NCBI GenBank assembly: GCA_046329865.1
Contig: JAXLTW010000004.1
Span: 91,533 to 155,532 of the forward strand
DNA: 64,000 nt
Source: Chitinophagales bacterium
GTDB taxonomy: Bacteria > Bacteroidota > Bacteroidia > Chitinophagales > JADIYW01
Reading direction: 5' to 3'
Below the pieces are notes generated by a model. The model was not told the DNA's origin and did no database searches. It saw only the letters and a list, made by a program, of their open reading frames with translations. This document shows, piece by piece, positions 1-8,700 of the stretch. Both the position numbers and the translations under genes were made by a program. Positions within the stretch are counted from its first letter, which is position 1. Every line of letters starts with the position of its first letter.

Positions 1-239
1 AATACACAATTATAGGGGTGTAGGTTGTCGTATTTTGACTATAATTCTATATTGTCTGATTGGTCAAATAGTCCGATTTTTGACCTAAATCAATAATGTT
101 ATCCATTTAAAGGGTATTGTTTTTGATAAAAGGTGGACAGAGAAACAAATTTCGATACATTCTAAAACCATAAAACTATGAAATACAAGCTGTTGCTTGT
201 AATTATCCGAAATTAGTTCACCATTTTTTCATAAAGACG

Positions 240-269
240 GTGTGTGCCGAAAGGCACACACTTTTTTTT
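240..269 (+). terminator. Rho-independent terminator whose T-run overlaps the first, 5'-degenerate CRISPR repeat
   Basis: GTGTGTGCC (240-248) pairs with GGCACACAC (253-261) around a GAAA loop. A T8 run follows at 262-269. Confidence 0.6.
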
Positions 270-2632
270 ATAGATTGATTTTAAATTGTGTTCTTTATAT
301 ACTAATTTCAACTATTTATGACTATCGAAGGAAATACTAACGGTTGTGAATTGATTTTAAATTGTGTTCTTTATATACTAATTTCAACAAAATCTTCCAT
401 AGCACATTTATCATGGAGTTGTGAATTGATTTTAAATTGTGTTCTTTATATACTAATTTCAACTATCAAGGAGGTAGCCAACCTGATGACGGAGTTGTGA
501 ATTGATTTTAAATTGTGTTCTTTATATACTAATTTCAACGCAGCACCGCCTGGAACTGGCAAAGAAGAGTTGTGAATTGATTTTAAATTGTGTTCTTTAT
601 ATACTAATTTCAACTTACTTTTTTGGCGCCCAAAAAAGTAACCAGTTGTGAATTGATTTTAAATTGTGTTCTTTATATACTAATTTCAACAAGGCCTGTT
701 GTAAATATTCCCGACTGGTAGTTGTGAATTGATTTTAAATTGTGTTCTTTATATACTAATTTCAACAAATGTGACTGATCCGATGTATCATTAGGAGTTG
801 TGAATTGATTTTAAATTGTGTTCTTTATATACTAATTTCAACGTAGCCATCTAACGGCTGTGGGTAAAATTCGTTGTGAATTGATTTTAAATTGTGTTCT
901 TTATATACTAATTTCAACGGCGATGCTATCAAGTTCGTAATGCTGCAGGTTGTGAATTGATTTTAAATTGTGTTCTTTATATACTAATTTCAACTAAATA
1001 CTCCTGAGTATGCAAACATCTAAGTTGTGAATTGATTTTAAATTGTGTTCTTTATATACTAATTTCAACAAATTCTTTCCAAATAGTTGCTTCATCACCG
1101 TTGTGAATTGATTTTAAATTGTGTTCTTTATATACTAATTTCAACAACGTGGATGAAGTGGTGAGCTTCAACGGAGTTGTGAATTGATTTTAAATTGTGT
1201 TCTTTATATACTAATTTCAACAACATAAACGGCAAACAAGTAGTATGGTAGGTTGTGAATTGATTTTAAATTGTGTTCTTTATATACTAATTTCAACTTA
1301 AAATAATACGTGACCATAGCACATTTATCATGGAGTTGTGAATTGATTTTAAATTGTGTTCTTTATATACTAATTTCAACTATCAAGGAGGTAGCCAACC
1401 TGATGACGGAGTTGTGAATTGATTTTAAATTGTGTTCTTTATATACTAATTTCAACGCAGCACCGCCTGGAACTGGCAAAGAAGAGTTGTGAATTGATTT
1501 TAAATTGTGTTCTTTATATACTAATTTTCAACTTACTTTTTGGCGCCCAAAAAAGTAACCAGTTGTGAATTGATTTTAAATTGTGTTCTTTATATACTAA
1601 TTTCAACAAGGCCTGTTGTAAATATTCCCGACTGGTAGTTGTGAATTGATTTTAAATTGTGTTCTTTATATACTAATTTCAACAAATGTGACTGATCCGA
1701 TGTATCATTAGGAGTTGTGAATTGATTTTAAATTGTGTTCTTTATATACTAATTTCAACGTAGCCATCTAACGGTTGTGGGTAAATTCGTTGTGAATTGA
1801 TTTTAAATTGTGTTCTTTATATACTAATTTCAACGGCGATGCTATCAAGTTCGTAATGCTGCAGGTTGTGAATTGATTTTAAATTGTGTTCTTTATATAC
1901 TAATTTCAACTAAATACTCCTGAGTATGCAAACATCTAAGTTGTGAATTGATTTTAAATTGTGTTCTTTATATACTAATTTCAACAAATTCTTTCCAAAT
2001 AGTTGCTTCATCACCGTTGTGAATTGATTTTAAATTGTGTTCTTTATATACTAATTTCAACAACGTGGATGAAGTGGTGAGCTTCAACGGAGTTGTGAAT
2101 TGATTTTAAATTGTGTTCTTTATATACTAATTTCAACAACATAAACGGCAAACAAGTAGTATGGTAGGTTGTGAATTGATTTTAAATTGTGTTCTTTATA
2201 TACTAATTTCAACTTAAAATAATACGTGACCAACAGATCGTTGGTTGTGAATTGATTTTAAATTGTGTTCTTTATATACTAATTTCAACTTGATAGCAAA
2301 TTTAAATGAATATGGGTCTTGAATAGCTACGTTGTGAATTGATTTTAAATTGTGTTCTTTATATACTAATTTCAACTCAAGGCATGTATTGAATGTTTTG
2401 GCTTTCCGTCCTTAAGTTGTGAATTGATTTTAAATTGTGTTCTTTATATACTAATTTCAACAAGGTGCGTGTTGTGAATTGATTTGCTTTATCAAAATGA
2501 TGCAGGTTGTGAATTGATTTTAAATTGTGTTCTTTATATACTAATTTCAATCAAGCTGGCCTATTGTGAATTGATTGATACAGCGTGTCAGGAATTGATT
2601 TTAAATTGTGTTCTTTATATACTAATTTCAAC
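267..2632 (+). CRISPR. Type II (Bacteroidota-style) CRISPR array with 31 repeats of 46 nt and mostly 29-30-nt spacers
   Basis: Consensus repeat is GTTGTGAATTGATTTTAAATTGTGTTCTTTATATACTAATTTCAAC. Repeat starts were indexed by hand: 267 (5' 7 nt degenerate), 343, 418, 494, 569, 645, 721, 797, 873, 949, 1024, 1100, 1176, 1252, 1335, 1411, 1486, 1562, 1638, 1714, 1789, 1865, 1940, 2016, 2092, 2168, 2244, 2331, 2416, 2506 and 2587 (5' 5 nt degenerate). The + strand is assigned as crRNA sense because the tracrRNA anti-repeat (11127-11150, + strand) is complementary to repeat nt 2-25 as written. Confidence 0.97.
400..2232 (+). repeat. Tandem duplication inside the array. Copy 1 is 400-1316 and copy 2 is 1317-2232, each about 12 spacer-repeat units.
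   Basis: The same 12 spacers occur in the same order twice, with a period of 917 bp. The junction spacer at 1298-1334 is a 37-nt chimera. Confidence 0.9.
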
Positions 2633-2687
2633 TGATACAGCGAAATTAGTAGTATTTACAGGGCTTTCCGTTGAAATTTGTATGCAT

Positions 2688-2735
2688 AAAATGCCTGTTT
2701 CATACCAATTATTGGGTGGATGCAGGCATTTTTTA
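2688..2735. terminator. Possible bidirectional terminator between the array trailer and the cas2 3' end
   Basis: AAAATGCCTG (2688-2697) pairs with CAGGCATTTT (2723-2732). The long loop contains a nested CCAAT-T-ATTGG hairpin, with an A-run before and a T-run after. The loop is unusually long for a classic terminator. Confidence 0.35.
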
Positions 2736-2845
2736 TTTCTTACTCCGGATTGCCGGATATATCGAAAAAGGTAAGCCGTTGTTCCCTTGAAAAAGGGAAT
2801 CTACGGGTAGCTTGCCTGAGATTCTCGCTTTCTCGGGAATAACAG

Positions 2846-3208
<363 letters not shown>

Positions 3209-3254
3209 TTAATTTTAGCCATAATTATTTACTTACTTTTTTATAATAGGCATT

Positions 3255-3366
3255 GTTACTTTTTTTCTTAGTCAATCTGCCTGTCGCAGACAGGAAAAAG
3301 TAACCAAACCTGCCTGCCGTCAGGCAGGAAAGACAAGGCAAAACCAATTGCTCCGCTGGTTTTGCC
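3255..3366. repeat. Cluster of three consecutive stem-loops upstream of cas2
   Basis: Hairpin 1 pairs GTTACTTTTT (3255-3264) with AAAAAGTAAC (3295-3304) and encloses CCTGTC-GCA-GACAGG. Hairpin 2 is CCTGCCTG-CCGT-CAGGCAGG (3309-3328). Hairpin 3 pairs GGCAAAACCA (3337-3346) with TGGTTTTGCC (3357-3366). Confidence 0.5.
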
Positions 3367-3472
3367 AGCCCACGCTTCTTTACGTATTGCGTTATTCAGC
3401 ATGTTCAATTTTATATATCTATACCTAACAACGACCATCCATACACATGGGAGGGTGTAAGTACCCCTTTTT

Positions 3473-4258
3473 TCAGACAGTGCAAATTAGAGTTTTTTGT
3501 TGATTTAATAAATTAATTTTCCATTCATTGGGTGTTTGATTTTGTAAAGATTCGTGCGGTCGTCTGTGATTGTATTCTTCTATCCATTCATCAGTGAGTG
3601 TTCTTACTTCAGCCAGATCAAAAAATAAGTAAGCATCTAACACCGCTTCTCGATACAGCCGGTTAAAGCGTTCTATAAAGCCATTCTGCATAGGTCTTCC
3701 AGGTTGAATATATTGAAGTTTGATTTCATTGTCTGTACACCATAATTCAAAGTCTTTGGAGGTAAATTCTGGTCCGTTGTCAGTTCTTATCATTTGTGGT
3801 TTTCCTCTGTGTCTGATAATTTGTTGCAGTGTCCTGATGACTCTTTTTGCTGAAAGGGATGTGTCTATCTCTATGGCCAGCACTTCTCTAGAGCCGTCAT
3901 CCATCACATTAAACGTTCTGAATTTTCTGTTGCCGACCATACTGTCGCTCATAAAGTCCATGCTCCAGCTTTGATTGATATGGCGCTGTTGTGTCAGCGG
4001 TTGTTTTACCCTTGCCGGCAGCCGTCTTTTACCTCTTCGTTTTCTGTTCAACTTTAACAGCTTATATATCCGATATACTCGCTTATGATTCCAGTCTTTG
4101 CCTGCTCTGCGGATATAGGCAAACAGCTTTCTGAACCCATACGAAGGATGTTTAAAGGCTAAATCCTGCAATAGGGTAATTACCTCCGAGTCGTCTTTTC
4201 TGCTTTGATAGTAGTAACCGGAACGTGGTAATGAGGTCATCTTACAGGCCCTGCTCAC
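3473..4258 (-). CDS. IS3-family transposase OrfB (DDE/rve integrase core), probably made as an OrfAB fusion by -1 frameshifting
   Basis: Integrase-core-like motifs are WSMDFM, REVLAIEID, IRTDNGPEFTS and YNHRRPHESL. The -1 frame read from the A7G site continues without a stop into SRACKMTSLPRSGYYYQ. Confidence 0.9.
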   Translation of the reverse strand: MSRACKMTSLPRSGYYYQSRKDDSEVITLLQDLAFKHPSYGFRKLFAYIRRAGKDWNHKRVYRIYKLLKLNRKRRGKRRLPARVKQPLTQQRHINQSWSMDFMSDSMVGNRKFRTFNVMDDGSREVLAIEIDTSLSAKRVIRTLQQIIRHRGKPQMIRTDNGPEFTSKDFELWCTDNEIKLQYIQPGRPMQNGFIERFNRLYREAVLDAYLFFDLAEVRTLTDEWIEEYNHRRPHESLQNQTPNEWKINLLNQQKTLICTV

Positions 4259-4290
4259 CGGAACGTCATAATCCTTTACAATGGATTCTG

Positions 4291-4590
4291 TCAGTTCCCT
4301 CTGTTTACAGGGCCCCAGCCTTTTTTTGAGATAACATCCTTTAAGATGGCATGATCCATACTCAATTCAGCAAACATCCGCTTCAGCCTTGAATTTTCTT
4401 CTTCCAACTCTTTGAGTCTACGTACATCAGAGGCCTCCATACCTCCGTACTTGCTCTTCCAGTTGTAAAAGGTAGCCTCTGAGATGCCATGCTCCCGGCA
4501 TAACTCCTTGGTGGTTCTGCCACCTTCCTGTTGCCGTAAAATGGAAACTATCTGCGTTTCCGTAAATCGTGTCTTTTTCATAATAAACAA
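4291..4590 (-). CDS. IS3-family transposase OrfA (HTH)
   Basis: FTETQIVSILRQQEGGRTTKELCREHGISEATFYNWKSKYGGM followed by a leucine-zipper-like LKELEEENSRLKRMFAEL segment is typical of IS3 OrfA. Confidence 0.9.
   Translation of the reverse strand: MFIMKKTRFTETQIVSILRQQEGGRTTKELCREHGISEATFYNWKSKYGGMEASDVRRLKELEEENSRLKRMFAELSMDHAILKDVISKKGWGPVNRGN
4320..4328 (-). promoter_or_regulatory. Programmed -1 ribosomal frameshift site (A7G slippery run) of the IS3 transposase
   Basis: The minus strand reads TCAAAAAAAGG near the end of orfA. A -1 shift joins orfA to the orfB frame with no intervening stop. Confidence 0.6.
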
Positions 4591-4652
4591 TTTAAATTTA
4601 AGAGTTTTACTCCATTTTTAAACTGTCTGATTTTTAGGGACACTTACAAGGG

Positions 4653-4870
4653 GAGGACGGTAAGTGGTTCACATTTCATAAAGCGCATTTCAAAAATAAT
4701 AGCTAACCTGTATTGATACCTACTAACTAGACTGAATCGCACTGTCTCATTCCCCCTCCTGGGATAATAGAAGTAGTTCACATTTCAAAAGTGCATATAA
4801 AAATACCATCTAATTCGTATTAATACCTAAAACTAAACTGTATCGCACTGTCCCATTTCCCCTCCTGGGA
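4653..4870. repeat. Two tandem copies of a roughly 109-bp intergenic repeat between the IS and cas1. A degenerate third copy is interrupted by the IS.
   Basis: GTTCACATTTCA occurs at 4667 and 4776. Both units end in CGCACTGTC..CCCCTCCTGGGA. The sequence left of the IS (about 3400-3455) ends in CATGGGAGGG and resembles a unit end. Confidence 0.7.
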
Positions 4871-4889
4871 GGGGATAAAGGGGTGGGTA

Positions 4890-5780
4890 TCAGCCAATTT
4901 GCGGGTACAACAGCTTCTTGCTCTTCCCTTCAAAACAAGCCGCCAGAGATGCCGTCGTGCGTTGCAAACCTACCATCAATGGACTGTCTTTGCCGTCAAT
5001 GTTTAAATCTATATTCGGAATATTTAATAGTTGTCTTTTGATTTCCGTTGTCAACTCTTGTTCATCGCTTTCTACCATGATTTCTTTCACCAAATGGTCC
5101 ACATAGGGACGATAAGGTTCCATGATGTCATCTGCCAGACAATAGGCATTGTATTTGTTGCGGTGATGAATCCCCAACGTGGGCAATAAGCCGGAAGAAA
5201 CCAGGCCGCGCGCTACGGTAGCCCGCAGGATGGCGTAGCCGTAATTCAAAAAATTGTTCGGGTATTCCCCGAAACGTTCCCGAACAAAAAACGGGTCTTC
5301 CTCATTAAAGAGCACTTTCCAGTAATAGCGGGCAGCCTGCGCTTCCTGATTGGTGCTGTCGCCGCTCAACACTAGTTGCACATAACGTTTCAGATAGCTG
5401 TTGTCTATTTCCCATTTTTCGAGCACTGCCGACTGGTTTTGTATTTTGGCTTTAATGGTTTGTTGCCACAATTGTTTTTTCAATGGTTCGGAAGCCTCAA
5501 TCTGTGCCTTGAATTTTTCGGATTGCTGGGTATGTCCGTCCAGGTTTAAAAGTAATCCGGTGGGATGATGTTTGTCATTGCAGGTAATCACAGCGGCATT
5601 GTTTTCCAGTAGCCGGTGCAATACCGCATGGGTAACAGAAACCTGATAATGGTCTATAACTACGACGCCTATATCTTCAATCGGCACAGTACGTTCCGCA
5701 TCTTCGGTTTTAATCAGCAATTGTTGCTGCTGTACCGACAGACGAGACGGATTGCCGAAATAGAGAGTGCGTTTGATCAT
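4890..5780 (-). CDS. cas1: CRISPR-associated endonuclease Cas1 (type II)
   Basis: The 296-aa product begins MIKRTLYFGNPSRLSVQQQQL, a typical type II Cas1 start. It contains NFLNYGYAILRATVARGL and MEPYRPYVD. It starts immediately after the cas9 stop. Confidence 0.93.
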   Translation of the reverse strand: MIKRTLYFGNPSRLSVQQQQLLIKTEDAERTVPIEDIGVVVIDHYQVSVTHAVLHRLLENNAAVITCNDKHHPTGLLLNLDGHTQQSEKFKAQIEASEPLKKQLWQQTIKAKIQNQSAVLEKWEIDNSYLKRYVQLVLSGDSTNQEAQAARYYWKVLFNEEDPFFVRERFGEYPNNFLNYGYAILRATVARGLVSSGLLPTLGIHHRNKYNAYCLADDIMEPYRPYVDHLVKEIMVESDEQELTTEIKRQLLNIPNIDLNIDGKDSPLMVGLQRTTASLAACFEGKSKKLLYPQIG

Positions 5781-5781
5781 G

Positions 5782-8700
5782 TCATGCTTTTGAGATGTTA
5801 CCTAATCTATCCACTTTGAGTTTGATGCAAAATTCTTTAATCATAATAGGTTTCTCATTTTTATCATATGAACAGTTGCTGTCTAGGAAATCTTGCATTC
5901 TTTCGCTTTTGCTATTCGTTCCATTTTCATTTTTGACAATTTCCGACGCATTAGAATATGGAATAAAATGTGCTTCTTTATCAGTGCAACTAACAAATTT
6001 GTATACTCTTTTAATTTGAGCTTTGTTCAAAGAACCAAAAGAAGCAACATTTATATTTTTTTGCTCATTCTCTGTTGGTATATACACCAAATCATTAGGT
6101 GATAGAATTATATCTTCATTTAGATCGATTAATCCATTCTCTTTACTTAGTATTTTATCTTTTTCCTCTTTTATTGCAACTCTGAGAGAAATTGTCTCAT
6201 AATTTGTGTTTCCCTCTGTTTTAGTAATTCTAAAATGAAAATTACCGCCTGTTTCTACCCATTTATGAGAGTTTGATTTTTTCTTTCCGATAGAAAATTT
6301 AAGTGATGCACTTTCTGAAATAGGCAATCTTTTAACAGGAATTTTTCTGTTTCTGTTAAACTCTTCTATCCCTTCAGTTGAAAATGCTTTATCTATATCG
6401 TTATCATTATTTTGTAGATGAAGTAATAAGTCATTTCGTAGTTTCAAATCTGCTATTTTATAGATTCTGTCTTTTATAGCATCAGACGTTGATAAAGCTC
6501 CGGTTCCTGTTCTTATTGAAAGACTTGTAATAGGTTGTCTTTTTCTGTATTTGGTATTGGCTATTTTAAAGTCTGCAAATTCAATCACTTCATCATTAAA
6601 GGATATTGGATTCTTTGATATATACTTCTTAGTCTCTCCAATCTTATTGTCGTGCATACCTAAAATTTCCTTCACAGCGTCTCTAATTCGCTCATCTATT
6701 ATTAAATTCGCCTTTCCAATATTATCTGTAATTTTCAATCTGTCATAATGCAAAATAATTTCCGCACTTGGATTGTCTGTATGTAACGGCTTTCTAACAC
6801 TCCAATGTTTGTTATTATCATTCTTTTGACTGATAAAACCTTTTATAGGTCTTCCATTTGGATCCAATCTTAAATCTCCGTTTTCGTCATAGTAACTTTC
6901 GTATTTGTTAGATGATTTTGAAATTAGTTTAAAATCGTTTTTGAATGAAACAATACAATGTTCAAGTGCTTCTAAAGCTACTTTCTTATAATCTTTTCTT
7001 CTAGTGTTAGAATAATTGTTTTGCCAATCCATGTCTATAACCGATGATTTATCATTCACTTCAGACAGTTTGGTTCTAAAAGAACCTGGCAACATATAAA
7101 TCCAAACTCTTTCGTTTGGATTTTCTTTGTTTGGTTCGCTATACATTATTTGCCGTTTAATACCTGCTCTCTGTTTTTTTATGGCTTCTATTTTTTCTTT
7201 CTTTTTATAGTTTAATCCCGAATTGACATTATTAATGTATTGAACATGATTTTCTGTGCAAAGTGCAACAATTAAGGCATCTAAGGCATGATGACGGTGG
7301 TCTAGTCTTTTTATTTCAAATTTTTCATTTTTCTCTAAAATGTATTTTGTATTGATATCAAAATATTTGTGCCCGCTTTTTGAAATCTTATACTTACCGA
7401 AATCTTCCGATTTGTGCAGTACATTTAATCTTTCAAATCTTGGCGTTAAAAGTTCTGTCCAAACTTGATTAAATTTCCACTCCTTTTTTAACTTATCTGT
7501 GATTGCTCCAGAAACAGGAAGCAGATTTTTTGAACGAAACTCTACTTCACCTTCTTCACGAACTACATGGCTAAGCAGTTCCATTGCTTTACGAGCAATG
7601 TGCTTTGCATTGTTCATCTGACTGTCTGTAAAGCCGGTTGGAACTTCTTTAGAAAGTAAAATAAAACGCTTGGCATCTCTGAATTGAGTTTTTACCAAAC
7701 TCACATATGTCTCTTCATTCATCAATTCAAATGTGATTTTCTTGTTTAGGATTTCATCAAAAATGGTATGTGATTTCCCACCAAATTGTGCTATAAATTC
7801 TCTTGCAGTGTTGTCGGACTTAAATCTGTTTAAAAAAGCTTCACAAACTACCTTATTATTCAGTGAGTCATTTGTTACAGATGCTCTTGGTAAAATGTGG
7901 TCAATGTTGTACTTGTTTCCATTAAATAAATCTGTCAACTTTATCATTTCTCCTGTGTAAGGAGATCGATAACCTTGTTCAATCCAGAGTTTATACTTTT
8001 CAAAATCAGTCTTACTTATTCTTTGTTTTTTCAGAATAACTTCAATCTCTTTTTTATCAAACTTACCGGAATTGTCGTCGTAAAATCTTTTTTCTGAATA
8101 GCTTCTTGCTTTTGCTCCATCTTCTACGATTTTCAAACGTTCGAAATGGTCTTGGTTTCCTTTTTTAGCATTGTATGGAGATTGGCTCAAAAATTCTTCT
8201 AAAATATTTCTCAATCTTTCATTTTCTGTTCTACTGTTTTTTTGTCGTTCTGCGATTTCTTTCTTTTCATTATTCGATTTTTGTAGCTCTCTCGCAACTT
8301 CTAAATGAATTTCTGAAAAGAAATTCTTACTAGATTTCCCATAATATTCCCATATATCTGCTACTACTTTCATTGTTTCTTTGAGTACTTTTTCTGCTAC
8401 AGGATTATTAAGTGAATGATGTTTTAATTCTTTGTTTATCTCACCTCTTATTTTTTGTGGACTGTCCCAGTATTTTGCTTGCGCTAATTCAGAATGTCTT
8501 CCGTAAATAAAATAGGATGCTTGTGTTAAATTCAAAAATCTAAAATCTTCTATTTTTGTGAAGCTCTTAAAAGTATTGAACAGCCCTTTGGGATATGGCA
8601 ATTCACCATGTTTTGTATCCACTTCATTTAAAACCGATTTGCTGTAATCAATTTCTTTTGCAGACCAATTAATTGTAGCACATTTCTCAAGAATTATATT

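Larger units (their letters stand above)
3456..4648 (-). mobile_element. IS3-family insertion sequence (1193 bp) with imperfect terminal inverted repeats and a 4-bp AGGG target-site duplication
   Basis: The left end TGTAAGTACCCCTTTTTTCAGACAGT matches the reverse complement of the right end, TGTAAGTGTCCCTAAAAATCAGACAGT. The ends follow the TG...CA rule. AGGG occurs at 3452-3455 and again at 4649-4652. The element carries the orfA/orfB pair. Confidence 0.9.

Noticed and set aside
178-216. Tiny ORF (MKYKLLLVIIRN*) upstream of the array terminator
   Set aside because: It is too short, and I could not identify a ribosome-binding or promoter context. It could belong to a small transcript ended by the 240-269 terminator, but there is no supporting evidence.
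343-388. Perfect Bacteroidota promoter (TAnnTTTG) inside each repeat
   Set aside because: I looked for an exact match on both strands of the repeat and found none. The best candidates are TAATTTCA and TAAATTG. The repeat-promoter idea therefore remains an untested hypothesis rather than a feature call.
318-500. 60-aa ORF inside the CRISPR array, and likewise 2484-2774 (96 aa)
   Set aside because: The translations are just repeated read-through of the 46-nt repeat (CELILNCVLYILIS recurs). They are artefacts of ORF calling across an array.
3720-3974. 84-aa + strand ORF inside the IS3 element
   Set aside because: It is antisense to the transposase orfB, which has clear DDE-family motifs. It is hydrophobic low-complexity sequence typical of shadow ORFs.
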